Below, piece by piece: positions 48,217-58,579 of a DNA stretch of 64,000 bases (its first letter is position 1; each line of letters starts with the position of its first letter). Position numbers and translations under genes: made by a program. The DNA is from Rhodospirillales bacterium (lineage in GTDB: Bacteria > Pseudomonadota > Alphaproteobacteria > UBA8366 > JADFVY01), in NCBI GenBank assembly GCA_020356105.1, contig CP070634.1, positions 3,749,119 through 3,813,118 of the forward strand, written 5' to 3'. The notes below the pieces were generated by a model. That model saw only the letters and a program-made list of their open reading frames with translations, made no database searches and was not told where the DNA came from.

Positions 48217-48864
48217 TCAGAGCGCGGCCACCGCCGTCAGGAAGGCTCGGATGCGGTCCGGATTCTTGACGCCCGGGCTGTCCTCGACCCCGGAGGAGGT
48301 ATCGACGAAGCGGGCGCCGGACAGGCGCACGGCCTCGGCCACGTTGTCGGCATCGAGGCCGCCGGCCAGCATCCAGGGCAGCGGGAAGTCCCAACCCTTG
48401 AGGAGCAGCCAATCGAAGGCCAAAGCGTTGCCGCCGGGCAGCGCGCCGGCCATGTCCTTGGGCGGCTTGGCGTCGAACATCAGCCAGTCCGCGGCCTCGT
48501 AATAATCCGGCGCGCGCTCCACATCCGCCGGTGCGGCGACCGGGATTGCCTTCATCACGCGCAACCCGGTGCGGGCGCGCAACTCGGAGACGCGTTCGGG
48601 GCTTTCCGTGCCATGCAGCTGTAGAATGTCGAGCGCGGTTGCCGCGAGCGCGGCGTCGATCTCATCGTCGTCGGCGTCGACGAACAGCCCTACCTTGCCG
48701 ACACTGCCGGGCACGTCAGCGGCCAGCCCCGCCGCCCGCTCAGGGGTCACCGCGCGCGGACTCGGCGGGTAGAACACGAAGCCGACGAAGGCGGCGCCGC
48801 CGGTGACCGCGGCAGCCACAGCCTCGGGATTGTTGAGTCCGCAGATCTTGGCACGGACCGTCAT
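48217..48864 (-). CDS. trpF: Phosphoribosylanthranilate isomerase
   Basis: 215-aa ORF. KICGLNNPE..FVGFVFYPPSPR..LQLHG is the TrpF signature. Confidence 0.9.
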   Translation of the reverse strand: MTVRAKICGLNNPEAVAAAVTGGAAFVGFVFYPPSPRAVTPERAAGLAADVPGSVGKVGLFVDADDDEIDAALAATALDILQLHGTESPERVSELRARTGLRVMKAIPVAAPADVERAPDYYEAADWLMFDAKPPKDMAGALPGGNALAFDWLLLKGWDFPLPWMLAGGLDADNVAEAVRLSGARFVDTSSGVEDSPGVKNPDRIRAFLTAVAAL

Positions 48865-49583
48865 GGCGCGGCGAGTTCCGCTGCAATGCGGCTGGCCGCG
48901 GCGGCCGGATCGGGATTTCCGGTAATGGGACGGCCGATCACCAGCCAGTCTGCGCCGGCGGCCAGGGCCTCGGCAGGGGTCATGGTTCGTTTCTGGTCGC
49001 TCGGTACGGCGCCGGCAGGGCGGATTCCGGGCACGACGAGGGTAAAATCGGGGCCGCAGGCCTCGCGAACCGGCCCGATCTCCTGCGGTGAGCAGACGGC
49101 GCCGTCGAGGCCGCAGTCCCGCGCCAGGTTTGCCAGACGAACCACCTGTTCCGCGACAGGACCCGCCTGGCCGGTCGCGACCAAGTCGGCTTCGTCCAAG
49201 CTGGTCAACACGGTTACCGCGACGAGCAGCGGGGGGTCGATGCCGAGCCGGACCGCCTCCTCGGCGGCCGCCTCGCGCGCCGCCCGCATCATCGCCGGCC
49301 CGCCGCCGGCGTGGACATTCAAGATCGCCGGCCGCAGCCGCAACGCTGCGCGTACGGCGCCGGCGACGGTATTCGGGATGTCGTGGAATTTCAGATCGAG
49401 GAACAGATTGCCATGTCCGCCGGCGACATCGCGGACCCCGGCCGGGCCGTTGGCATTGAAGAATTCCAGCCCCAGCTTGATCCCGCCGACCGAACCGGCG
49501 ATTCGCTGCGCAAGCTCTCTGGCCCGCTCAGGGTCGGGCGTGTCAATTGCGACCAGTATCGGGTTTCGGCCATCGGCGGCCAC
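48861..49583 (-). CDS. pyrF: Orotidine 5'-phosphate decarboxylase
   Basis: 240-aa ORF. ILVAIDTPD and DLKFHDIPNTV are present. It has a GTG start, and its stop overlaps the trpF start. Confidence 0.9.
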   Translation of the reverse strand: MAADGRNPILVAIDTPDPERARELAQRIAGSVGGIKLGLEFFNANGPAGVRDVAGGHGNLFLDLKFHDIPNTVAGAVRAALRLRPAILNVHAGGGPAMMRAAREAAAEEAVRLGIDPPLLVAVTVLTSLDEADLVATGQAGPVAEQVVRLANLARDCGLDGAVCSPQEIGPVREACGPDFTLVVPGIRPAGAVPSDQKRTMTPAEALAAGADWLVIGRPITGNPDPAAAASRIAAELAAP

Positions 49584-49671
49584 GGCGCATGTTCCCTCTT
49601 GCGTTACGCAAAGCGGTTTACAACAGCCACAGCTCTTACGGAACGATTTTTCGTGCCGGCCGGCCCCTCGG

Positions 49672-50040
49672 CTATCGGCTCTGCGCGGCCTTCACGGGTG
49701 CGGGCAGACCGGTGGTCGGCGCCTCCGCCTTGATGCCGGCGCTCACCCGTTCGGCCTGCTGCATCTTGCGCCGCAACTCCTCGATTTCGATGTCACGGAT
49801 CCGCACCGTGCGTTCAGCCGATCTCGCCCTCGCGCGTGCCCGCCCCGCACTGAACCACGCAACGATTCCGCCGGCGAAGAAACCGACGGCCAGCCCGGCG
49901 AGCGCGATGACAAAAACGGGCACCTGAACGACGAAAGGCAAGGGCCAGAATTTCAGATCAACACTGCTGAGGTTCGATATGGCGAACAACGGGACCGCGA
50001 CCATCAGCGGAACGGCGATCAACCAGTACACGAGTCTCAT
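49672..50040 (-). CDS. LapA-domain (DUF1049) inner-membrane protein
   Basis: ATG at 50040. It has two TM helices followed by a coiled C-terminus, and occupies the conserved position downstream of ihfB. Confidence 0.7.
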   Translation of the reverse strand: MRLVYWLIAVPLMVAVPLFAISNLSSVDLKFWPLPFVVQVPVFVIALAGLAVGFFAGGIVAWFSAGRARARARSAERTVRIRDIEIEELRRKMQQAERVSAGIKAEAPTTGLPAPVKAAQSR

Positions 50041-50066
50041 CTTACGGCGCCCCTGCGCCCGCACGG

Positions 50067-50354
50067 TCAGTTCGAACCTGAGTTAACGAGCTCCCGCAAG
50101 TGTTTGCCCGTCTTGAAGAATGGCACGGTTTTGGGCATCACGTGGACGGTCGCCCCGGTCCGGGGATTGCGGCCGATCCGTGCTGCCCGATGTTTGACGG
50201 AAAACGTACCGAAACCGCGCAACTCGACCCGATCTCCACGTTCAAGCGCGGCCGAAATTTCGTCGAATACGGTACTTACAATTCGCTCCACTTCCCGATG
50301 AATGAGATGCGGATGCCTTTCCGCCAGCCTCTGGATCAATTCTGATTTCGTCAT
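50067..50354 (-). CDS. ihfB: Integration host factor beta subunit
   Basis: 95-aa [14 protein letters not shown]...[22 protein letters not shown] matches IhfB. Confidence 0.92.
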   Translation of the reverse strand: MTKSELIQRLAERHPHLIHREVERIVSTVFDEISAALERGDRVELRGFGTFSVKHRAARIGRNPRTGATVHVMPKTVPFFKTGKHLRELVNSGSN

Positions 50355-50395
50355 CAGGGATATCCCTCCGGTGACACGGCTATGATTTTAATTTG

Positions 50396-50425
50396 GGAGA
50401 TCGGCCCCCCACAGTACCGATCTCC
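50396..50425 (-). other. 9-bp perfect stem-loop (GGAGATCGG / CCGATCTCC, 12-nt loop) between rpsA and ihfB
   Basis: Seen directly. On the minus-strand transcript it is followed by the A/U-rich CAAAUUAAAAUCAU. It could be an attenuator, a processing site or a weak terminator. Confidence 0.35.
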
Positions 50426-50586
50426 AGCATCGTTGAGACACAAAGCGTGCCAAAGCAGGCTCACCCCGTCAAGCCATAAGCCTCACAAACGAAACGGAAA
50501 ACTGCCGTTCGCGATGCTGTTGCGTCGACCGGCGCCGATCGGCCCCAGATCGTTCGGGGCCGTATAATCCACGATCAGTTGGTCCG

Positions 50587-52608
50587 CTAACCGTCCGATT
50601 CAGCCTTCTTGGCGGCGGCTTTCTTGGCCTTCGCGGGCTTGTCGCCATCGTCCGCTGTTTTCGATTTGGCGGCCGGCGCGGACTTCTTCTCCTTGGCGCT
50701 ACCGCCGCTGGTCTTTGCGGCCTTGGTGGGCTTTTCTTCCTCGTCGGCGGCCTTGTCATCTTCGGCCTTCTTGGCTTTGGCCTTCTTCCCGCCCGCGGTT
50801 TCGGCGTCGCCCGCCTCTTTGGATTTCCCGGCTTTGGCCGGTTTGTCCCCTTCCGCCTCGTCATCGGCCGACTTGGCCTTGGCGGGTTTGGCCTTCTTGC
50901 TCTTATCCTCAGCCTTTTCCTGTTCCTGCTGCTTGGACTTGATGGCAGCGCCGAGGATATCGCCCAGGGATGCTCCGGAGTCCGAGCTGCCAAACTCCTC
51001 CATCGCCTTCTTCTCTTCCTCGACCTCTCTGGCCTTGATCGACAGGCTTATCTTTCGTGCGGCCTTGTCGACCGAGGTGATCTTGGCGTCCACCTTCTCG
51101 CCCACAGCGAAGCGGTCCGGCCGCTGCTCGGATCGATCGCGCGACAGATCGGACTTTCGGATGAATCCCGGCACGGCTTCGTTCACCAGAACCTCGATGC
51201 CACTGTCCAGGACCTTGGATACCGTGCAAGTGACAACCGCTCCCTTGGTGATCGATTTCATTCCGCCTTCCAGCGGATCCTCGCGAAGCTGTTTGATGCC
51301 GAGGCTAATGCGCTCTTTGGCTACGTCGACGTCCAGCACCTTGACCTTGACGATGTCGCCCTTCTTGTAATCGGCAATCGCGTCTTCGCCCGACTTCTCC
51401 CAGCTGATATCCGACATGTGCACCATGCCGTCGATATCGCCCGGCAGTCCGACAAACAGACCAAATTCGGTAATGTTCTTGATCTCCCCCTCAAGCTCCG
51501 ATCCGGCCGTGTGTTCGACCAGGAACGTATCCCACGGGTTGTCAAGACACTGCTTCAGACCGAGACTGATGCGCCGTTTCTGCGGGTCGACGTCGAGGAC
51601 CATGACCTCGACCTCCTGGCTGGTCGACACAATCTTCCCGGGATGAACGTTCTTCTTGGTCCAGCTCATCTCGGACACGTGCACCAGCCCCTCGATTCCC
51701 GGTTCCAGTTCGACGAAGGCGCCGTAATCGGCGATGTTCGTGACCCGCCCGGTATACTTTGTGCCGACCGGATATTTTGTCTCGACACCGTCCCAGGGGT
51801 CCGCCTCGAGCTGTTTCATACCGAGGCTGATGCGTTGGGTCTCGGGGTTGAACCGGATCACCTGGACTTCGACCGTCTGGCCGATTTGCAGGACCTCGGA
51901 CGGATGGTTGATGCGCTGCCATGCGATATCGGTAACGTGCAGCAATCCGTCGACGCCGCCCAGATCGACGAAGGCGCCATAATCCGTGATGTTCTTCACC
52001 ACGCCCTGCAGCACCTGACCTTCCTTGAGGTTGGCGACCAGCTCATTGCGCGCCTCGGCGCGGCTCTCCTCGAGAACGGCGCGCCGTGAGACAACAATAT
52101 TGCCTCGGCTGCGATCCATTTTGAGAATCTGGAAAGGCTGCGGCGTGTTCATCAGGGGCGTGACATCGCGCACGGGCCGAATATCCACCTGACTGCCGGG
52201 CAGAAATGCGCTGACCCCGGAAAGGTCCACCGTGAATCCACCCTTGACCCGGTGGTAGATCACGCCGGTGACCCGCTCGTTATTCCGGAATGCCACCTCC
52301 AGCTGACCCCACGCCTCTTCGCGTCGGGCCTTTTCGCGGGAGAGCATCACTTCGCCGTGCCTGTCCTCCATACGCTCCAGAAACACCTCGACGATATCGC
52401 CGGGCTGCAATTCCGGCTTCTGCCCCGGCGCGGCGAACTCCTTTGCGGGCACCCGTCCTTCGGCTTTCAGTCCCACATCGATGACCACGAAGTCGTTGTC
52501 CACGCTGACGACGGTGCCGGGTATCACCGATCCTTCGAGTCCCTCATTGGCGACGAGAGATTCTTCCAAAAGAGCTGCAAAGCTCTCCTTTTCCTGGGCG
52601 TTTGCCAT
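50587..52608 (-). CDS. rpsA: 30S ribosomal protein S1 with ~114-aa Lys/Ala/Glu-rich C-terminal tail
   Basis: 673-aa ORF with six S1 domains, followed by a low-complexity tail. Confidence 0.95.
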   Translation of the reverse strand: MANAQEKESFAALLEESLVANEGLEGSVIPGTVVSVDNDFVVIDVGLKAEGRVPAKEFAAPGQKPELQPGDIVEVFLERMEDRHGEVMLSREKARREEAWGQLEVAFRNNERVTGVIYHRVKGGFTVDLSGVSAFLPGSQVDIRPVRDVTPLMNTPQPFQILKMDRSRGNIVVSRRAVLEESRAEARNELVANLKEGQVLQGVVKNITDYGAFVDLGGVDGLLHVTDIAWQRINHPSEVLQIGQTVEVQVIRFNPETQRISLGMKQLEADPWDGVETKYPVGTKYTGRVTNIADYGAFVELEPGIEGLVHVSEMSWTKKNVHPGKIVSTSQEVEVMVLDVDPQKRRISLGLKQCLDNPWDTFLVEHTAGSELEGEIKNITEFGLFVGLPGDIDGMVHMSDISWEKSGEDAIADYKKGDIVKVKVLDVDVAKERISLGIKQLREDPLEGGMKSITKGAVVTCTVSKVLDSGIEVLVNEAVPGFIRKSDLSRDRSEQRPDRFAVGEKVDAKITSVDKAARKISLSIKAREVEEEKKAMEEFGSSDSGASLGDILGAAIKSKQQEQEKAEDKSKKAKPAKAKSADDEAEGDKPAKAGKSKEAGDAETAGGKKAKAKKAEDDKAADEEEKPTKAAKTSGGSAKEKKSAPAAKSKTADDGDKPAKAKKAAAKKAESDG

Positions 52609-52734
52609 GTCTACTGCGGTCCTTTCAGTTCAATGTTTCCGGCCAGCTGGTTGTCTCCAGCGGTCTTTGGTCTCGATATTCGCCAACTCGGCCACGGCGC
52701 TCAGACCTTGGCGGGCAAGCTGGGGTTTCACCGG

Positions 52735-53388
52735 TTATCGCTCAGGCGCTCCACCGTTTACAACGGCCTCAATATGTCTGACCGCTGAGGCAAACGCCGC
52801 ATCGGCATCCATCCTGGTCGTATCCAGTACGATGGCGTCCTGAGCCGGCTTCAGCGGGGCAACGGCGCGCGCACTGTCGCGCGCGTCCCGCTCCCGCAAA
52901 TCCTGCAAGACGCGCGCATATATACTGGCCTCGCCCCTGTTGAGCAACTCCTTATGCCGCCTTTCTGCGCGCACCGGCATGCTGGCCGTCACGAAGAACT
53001 TGATATCCGCGTCCGGGCAGACGACGGTGCCGACATCGCGTCCATCGAGAACCGCACCTGCATTGCCGCCAGGCGGGTGCTGCGCGAAATGTCTCTGAAA
53101 CGCCAGTAGCGCCTGCCGGACGCCCTCAATCGCAGCGACCTTCGATGCCGCCTGGGCCGCCACGTCGCCGGACAGGGCCGGGTCGTCAAGTGCGTTCGGG
53201 TCCAGCGCTCTCGCCGCGGCCTCCGCGGCAGCGGCATCCGCCGGATCGTGGCCTTCGCGGAGAACCGCAAGGCCCACGGCGCGATAGAGTTTGCCGGTAT
53301 CGAGATGCGCGTAGCCCAAATGCGCGGCGATGCGCCGCGCCAGGGTCCCCTTGCCGGATGCCGCGGGGCCGTCGACCGCGATGATCAC
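52735..53388 (-). CDS. cmk: Cytidylate kinase
   Basis: The GTG at 53388 follows ggaggtagg and overlaps the aroA stop (GTGA). [21 protein letters not shown] is the P-loop. The track ORF is 5'-extended. Confidence 0.9.
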   Translation of the reverse strand: MIIAVDGPAASGKGTLARRIAAHLGYAHLDTGKLYRAVGLAVLREGHDPADAAAAEAAARALDPNALDDPALSGDVAAQAASKVAAIEGVRQALLAFQRHFAQHPPGGNAGAVLDGRDVGTVVCPDADIKFFVTASMPVRAERRHKELLNRGEASIYARVLQDLRERDARDSARAVAPLKPAQDAIVLDTTRMDADAAFASAVRHIEAVVNGGAPER

Positions 53389-54725
53389 GAGCCTACCTCC
53401 GTCAAGGGACCGATCCGGGCGCCGAGACGGTTCATTAACGCGATGAAGCCGGGAAAGCTGGTATCGATCGGATCTGCATCGTCGACGACGACCGCGCGAT
53501 CCGAGGCGAGGCCGAGTACAAGGAAGGCCATTGCCACGCGATGATCGAGGTCCGTCGCGATATTTCCGCCACCCGGGACGTTGCCGGCACAACCGTGCAC
53601 GGTAAGACTGTCGTCGCCTTCCTCGATACTGACACCGCAAGCCGCAAGCCCGCGTGCCATTGCGCCCAGCCGGTCGCTCTCCTTGACCCGCAGTTCCGCA
53701 AGACCGCGCATCTCGGTCTTGCCCTCGGCGACCGCGGCGGCGATCGCGAGGATCGGGTATTCATCGATCATCGATGGTGCGCGCGATGCCGGCACGGTCA
53801 CGCCGGCCAGCCGGCCCGCGCGTACGAATAGATCGGCAACAGGTTCACCTGCGAAGGTCCGTTCGTTGCGCATCTCGATATCCGCTCCCATTTCGCGCAG
53901 GGTGTGGACCAGACCTGTGCGAAGCGGATTGATGCCGACATCTGTCAGGGTGACTTCCGAGCCGGGGACAATCAGCGCAGCGACCATGGGAAACGCAGCC
54001 GAACTGATGTCCGCGGGGACCTGGACCGGACGTCCCCGGAGTTCGGGTTGGCCGGCAACGGAGATTTCCCAGGCACCTTCGTCCGCCTCGACCGACTCCA
54101 CATCGGCACCGAAATGCCGCAGCATGCGTTCGGTGTGATCGCGCGTTGGCTGTTGCTCGATGACCGTTGTCACGCCGGGTGTGTTCAGGCCGGCCAGAAG
54201 TACTGCCGATTTTACCTGCGCCGAGGCGACGGGCAGTCGGTATCGCACCGGCACGGGGTCGGCCGTACCAATGATCGCAAGCGGCATCCGGTCAGCGCTG
54301 CGCGTGATCAGCTGGGCCCCGAATTGTTCGAGTGGCCCCCGCACGCGGCCCATCGGCCGGCGGTTGAGAGACGCATCCCCCGTCAGGAACGCTGTGAGCG
54401 GGTGGCTGGCCAGAATTCCCATCAACAGACGTGCTGCTGTCCCGGAATTTCCCATATCGAGAATGTCCGCGGGCTCCACGAGCCCGCCGAGACCGCGCCC
54501 TCGAACACGCCAAACCGAGTCCGTGGACCGCTCCGCTGTTGCGCCGAGCGCGCGAATCGCCGCCGCCGTTCGCAGCACATCCTCGCCCTCCAGCAAACCT
54601 TCGATCACGGTCTCTTCGGTCGACAGCGCGCCAATGAGCAATGCTCGGTGCGAGATTGACTTGTCGCCCGGAACGCGCGCGACCCCGGTAAGGGTGTGCG
54701 CTGGGCGGGATGCCATCGGTGTCAT
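53385..54725 (-). CDS. aroA: 3-phosphoshikimate 1-carboxyvinyltransferase (EPSP synthase)
   Basis: ATG at 54725 (or 54716). [17 protein letters not shown] and [11 protein letters not shown]-like motifs are present. Confidence 0.9.
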   Translation of the reverse strand: MTPMASRPAHTLTGVARVPGDKSISHRALLIGALSTEETVIEGLLEGEDVLRTAAAIRALGATAERSTDSVWRVRGRGLGGLVEPADILDMGNSGTAARLLMGILASHPLTAFLTGDASLNRRPMGRVRGPLEQFGAQLITRSADRMPLAIIGTADPVPVRYRLPVASAQVKSAVLLAGLNTPGVTTVIEQQPTRDHTERMLRHFGADVESVEADEGAWEISVAGQPELRGRPVQVPADISSAAFPMVAALIVPGSEVTLTDVGINPLRTGLVHTLREMGADIEMRNERTFAGEPVADLFVRAGRLAGVTVPASRAPSMIDEYPILAIAAAVAEGKTEMRGLAELRVKESDRLGAMARGLAACGVSIEEGDDSLTVHGCAGNVPGGGNIATDLDHRVAMAFLVLGLASDRAVVVDDADPIDTSFPGFIALMNRLGARIGPLTEVGS

Positions 54726-54936
54726 CAATGCCTCATAAGCACGCTCGCCGGGGGCTGTGCCGGCGCGGCGATGCCTGTAGCACAAACGACTTTGCGCGAA
54801 CAGGGGCAGGGGCGGGCACATCCGAACCGGCCCGGGGAGGAAAATTTGCTTTTGACAGGCGGCGACGTCCCATGGCAATTGCCAGTGCGACCGACATTGC
54901 CGGCCATCAAGAGTACCAAGAGAGAGGAGCGCGATC

Positions 54937-55269
54937 GTGGCCAAGCCCGAGTGGGGTACGAAGCGAATCTGTCAAAGTTGCAGCGCGCCGTTCTATGATT
55001 TGCGGCGCGATCCGATCGTCTGCCCCAAATGCAATGCGACATTCGATCCAGAGGCCGTCCTGAAATCGCGGCGCGCGCGCGGCGTGGAAGAGGAAGTGAC
55101 GGAAAAACCGAAAAAAGAGGCGGACACATCCGATGTCGACCTCGAGGTCGAGGAGGATGAAGAGGCGGGCGAAGACGAAGATGATGACGTGCTCGAGGAC
55201 GCGAGTGACCTCGGTGACGACGACATGAGCGATGTGATTGACACCTCCGACGACGAAGAGGACAGCTGA
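54937..55269 (+). CDS. TIGR02300-type (FYDLN_acid) zinc-ribbon protein with acidic tail
   Basis: GTG start after gaggag. [31 protein letters not shown] is followed by a D/E-rich C-terminus. Confidence 0.8.
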   Translation: MAKPEWGTKRICQSCSAPFYDLRRDPIVCPKCNATFDPEAVLKSRRARGVEEEVTEKPKKEADTSDVDLEVEEDEEAGEDEDDDVLEDASDLGDDDMSDVIDTSDDEEDS

Positions 55270-55377
55270 CGTCGCGGCCGCCATGCGGGGCACTGCCGGA
55301 AATTTTCGCTTGCGCGCCGGGGTCCCGGTCCTATATGCATGCCGACCGCGCCGGGCCGGAATCCGGCGCAAGCGGAT

Positions 55378-55453
<76 letters not shown>

Positions 55454-55636
55454 TATACCGGGCAGGTTCTGCAGGCCCAGGCACCCAAGTAACACTTCAT
55501 TCCCGCTCTGCATTGTTCGCGCGTCCGGAACGACGTGCGCCGTCCGGATGTCGGTCCGGCAAGCCGGAACCCGATGTCGGGTTCCGTCGTGGCGCGACAG
55601 GTGGCGGATATGCCGAGGCGTCTTCGGATGGCTGTC

Positions 55637-56887
55637 ATGAACTATAGGGGCGAGGAGATGCGCAACCTTTCCGTCGATGGCGCCCGGTTGTGGAAAAGCT
55701 TGATGGATATGGCCGAAATCGGCGCAACGCCGAAGGGCGGCAGCCGACGGCTCGCGCTCAGCGACAGCGACCGGCAGGGCCGCGATCTCTTCGTGCGCTG
55801 GTGTCGGGAGGCCGGATGCTCGATCCGGGTAGACCGGATGGGTAATATATTCGCGCGGCGACCTGGCAAAGATGAGTCCCGGCCGCCGGTCATGATGGGC
55901 AGTCATCTCGATACCCAGCCGAGTGGCGGAAAATTCGACGGCGTCTACGGCGTGCTTGCCGGGCTGGAGGTCATTCGCACACTCAACGATCACGGCTATG
56001 AGAGCGACTCGCCGGTTGAGCTCGCGGTCTGGACCAACGAGGAAGGCGCCCGTTTCGCACCGTCGATGATAGGCTCGGGCGTCTTCGCCGGGACCTACTC
56101 GATCGAAAAGGGTCTCGCATGCGCGGATGTGGACGGCACGACCATCGGTGAGGAATTGCGGCGGATCGGTTATGCCGGCGACGACCCGTGCGGCGGCCGG
56201 CCGATCCGGGCGTTCTTTGAAGCCCACATAGAGCAGGGACCGATCCTGGAAGCCGAAGGCAAGACGATCGGCGTCGTCACCGGCGCGCAAGGGCTGCGGT
56301 GGTACGATGTCACCGTCGGCGGCATGGACTCGCACGCCGGCACGACGCCGATGGATCGCCGCCGCGATGCGATGGCGGGCGCGGCCCGTATGCTCGTGGC
56401 AGCCGAACGGATTGGCAAGACCACCCCCGGCGCGGTCACCACTGTGGGCATGTTGCGGGTTGTACCCAGCTCGCGAAACGTCGTTCCCGGCGAGGTCTTC
56501 TTCACGGTCGACGCCAGGCACCCCGATGGAGATACGCTCGCCGCCATGGATGCTGCGCTTCGCGGTAGTTTCGCCGAGATTGCCCAGCAGGCGGACCTGA
56601 AGCTGGCGATCGAGACTGTCACCGACACGGCTCCGGTCGTATTCGACGAGGGGTGCGTCGACGCCGTCCGTCAGGCGGCCGAGGGTTCGGGATATCCGTG
56701 CCGGGACATCGTTTCAGGCGCGGGGCACGATGCATGCTTCATCAACGAGGTCGCTCCCACGGCGATGATCTTTGTCCCCTGCAAAGACGGCATCAGCCAT
56801 AACGAGATCGAAAGCGCCGCGCCCGACGACCTGACCGCGGGCTGCAACGTACTGCTCCGGGTTGTCCTGACTGCGGCGGAATGGTGA
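55637..56887 (+). CDS. M20-family Zn-dependent amidohydrolase (allantoate amidohydrolase / N-carbamoyl-L-amino-acid hydrolase type)
   Basis: RLALSDSDRQGRDLFVRWCREAG..VDRMGNIF..MMGSHLDTQPSGGKFDGVYGV is typical of this family. The start is ATG 55637 or 55658. Confidence 0.85.
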   Translation: MNYRGEEMRNLSVDGARLWKSLMDMAEIGATPKGGSRRLALSDSDRQGRDLFVRWCREAGCSIRVDRMGNIFARRPGKDESRPPVMMGSHLDTQPSGGKFDGVYGVLAGLEVIRTLNDHGYESDSPVELAVWTNEEGARFAPSMIGSGVFAGTYSIEKGLACADVDGTTIGEELRRIGYAGDDPCGGRPIRAFFEAHIEQGPILEAEGKTIGVVTGAQGLRWYDVTVGGMDSHAGTTPMDRRRDAMAGAARMLVAAERIGKTTPGAVTTVGMLRVVPSSRNVVPGEVFFTVDARHPDGDTLAAMDAALRGSFAEIAQQADLKLAIETVTDTAPVVFDEGCVDAVRQAAEGSGYPCRDIVSGAGHDACFINEVAPTAMIFVPCKDGISHNEIESAAPDDLTAGCNVLLRVVLTAAEW

Positions 56888-56888
56888 G

Positions 56889-57920
56889 ATGAAGCGATAC
56901 CGAAGGCGAGCGAGCAGCGTCGTGCTCACGCTCCTGCTGGCCGCCTGTGCGGATGAGGGACGAGTTGTGTATAGCGGCGAATGGATCTCGCCAGTTTATC
57001 GCGATCATCCGTTGGCGGGGCGGCTCTGGATACCGGCAACGGGCCGCTTTGCGACCGACTCCGAAATTTCGGACGCAATCAGTGACGCTGATTTCGTACT
57101 CGTCGGCGAAAAGCATGACAACGCTGATCATCATCGGTTCCAGTCGGATATCATCCGCATGATGTTTACTCAGCGACGTCGACCCGCAATCGTCTTCGAG
57201 ATGCTGACCCCAGACCAGCAACCGAAGCTCGACAGGCATCTCGCTGACCGTCCAAGGGACTCCGCGGGAGTCGGCGAGGCTGTCGGCTGGGAGGCGCAGG
57301 GCTGGCCCCGCTGGGAGATTTACAGGCCAATCACGGATGTCGCGCTCGAGCAAGGTGCGCCATTGCGCGCCGGAGGTCTGGACCGCGCCACAACGCGCGC
57401 CGTCTCGGCGCAAGGTGTTGACGCATTGGGAGATGAACGTGCGGCCGGCCTGCGGCTGGACGAGCCCATCAGCGAGACGATGCGCGCCGAAATGAGCAGC
57501 GCGATACATACGAGCCATTGCGAAATGCTGCCGCAGAAGATGCTCGATCCGATGGTGAACGTCACGTTGGCGAAAGACGCGGCAATGGCAGAGGCGATGC
57601 TTGGCGGTCGTGCGCAGAGCGGTCGGGATTCCGCGCTCCTGATTGCCGGAACCGGGCACGTACGGAAAGATTGGGGCGTGCCGTGGCACCTGAGTAGATT
57701 GATGCCAGATGCGCGCGTCGTCTCGATCGGTCTTGTCGAGGTGGTGGCCGAGGAATTCGATCCCGCGGCCTATGTTGTCGCGCGTAGCGGGACCGAACTT
57801 TTCGATCTTGTGTGGTTCACGCCACGCGTCGACGACATAGACCCCTGTCAAGCCTTTGCCGAGCAGCTGCAACAAATGCGAAGCGGGCACGACGGCAAAT
57901 CGCAAGGCGCCGAAGATTGA
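56889..57920 (+). CDS. ChaN-family (haem-binding/Tiki-superfamily) lipoprotein
   Basis: It has a lipobox (VVLTLLLAAC) and the ChaN motif VLVGEKHDNADHH. It starts 2 nt after the upstream stop. Confidence 0.75.
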   Translation: MKRYRRRASSVVLTLLLAACADEGRVVYSGEWISPVYRDHPLAGRLWIPATGRFATDSEISDAISDADFVLVGEKHDNADHHRFQSDIIRMMFTQRRRPAIVFEMLTPDQQPKLDRHLADRPRDSAGVGEAVGWEAQGWPRWEIYRPITDVALEQGAPLRAGGLDRATTRAVSAQGVDALGDERAAGLRLDEPISETMRAEMSSAIHTSHCEMLPQKMLDPMVNVTLAKDAAMAEAMLGGRAQSGRDSALLIAGTGHVRKDWGVPWHLSRLMPDARVVSIGLVEVVAEEFDPAAYVVARSGTELFDLVWFTPRVDDIDPCQAFAEQLQQMRSGHDGKSQGAED

Positions 57921-58132
57921 GCAGCCTTCCCTCGCGATCGACCGTAGCGACCACATGACGCAGCGAGCAACCTTGACAGGTGATCCCCAGGACCTATGAA
58001 TCGGTGTACTGACGTGGCCGGGTATACGGCAGTCTGTCGGGGGACAGGAGGCCACGGGTAAGCGATGCGGACAGCGCCATCCGATGTCCGCACGGTTGAC
58101 TGTTACTTGAGAACGGACAAACAGAGGACGAG

Positions 58133-58513
58133 ATGAAACACAAAATTATCAAGGTCGTTGGACTTGCCGCCGCACTTGCTGCGCTTTCGGCGCCGGCGCT
58201 GGCCGCAGGCGATGCGGATGCGGGGAAAAAGGTATTCAACAAGTGTAAGGCATGCCATGCCCTGGACGAGGGCAAGAACAAGGTTGGACCCAGCCTTTTC
58301 GGCGTGCTGGGCAAGCCCGCGGCCTCCGTCAAGGGGTTCAAGTATTCGAAGGCACTCCAGGAGTCGGGTCTGACCTGGGATGATGCGACTCTCGCGAAAT
58401 ACCTGACCAAGCCCAAGGAACTGGTTCCGGGTACGCGGATGGCGTTCTCAGGGCTGAAGAAGTCGGAAGACATCGATAATGTCATCGCCTATATCAAGGC
58501 GAATGGCGGCTGA
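58133..58513 (+). CDS. Class I c-type cytochrome (c2/c550-like)
   Basis: It has a signal peptide, haem site CKACH and distal GTRMAF. Confidence 0.9.
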   Translation: MKHKIIKVVGLAAALAALSAPALAAGDADAGKKVFNKCKACHALDEGKNKVGPSLFGVLGKPAASVKGFKYSKALQESGLTWDDATLAKYLTKPKELVPGTRMAFSGLKKSEDIDNVIAYIKANGG

Positions 58514-58536
58514 TCCCACGTAGTGGATTCGCGCTG

Positions 58537-58573
58537 GCGGCGATCCGGGGGCCTCGGATCGCCGCTTCTCGTT
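58537..58573. terminator. Hairpin terminator between convergent cytochrome c and ccmH
   Basis: 11-bp perfect stem GCGGCGATCCG / CGGATCGCCGC with a 7-nt loop, followed by TTCTCGTT. Confidence 0.6.
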
Positions 58574-58579
58574 GAGGGT

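Noticed and set aside
52735-54944. 5'-extended versions of cmk (301 aa) and aroA (519 aa). The same issue affects accD (469 aa), trpA (646-aa frame), dctP, FNR, ccmH and the OMP at 19982.
   Set aside because: The family-conserved N-termini begin at internal ATG/GTG codons that have RBSs or 4-nt overlaps with the upstream stop. The extensions are Arg/Pro-rich and overlap neighbouring genes.
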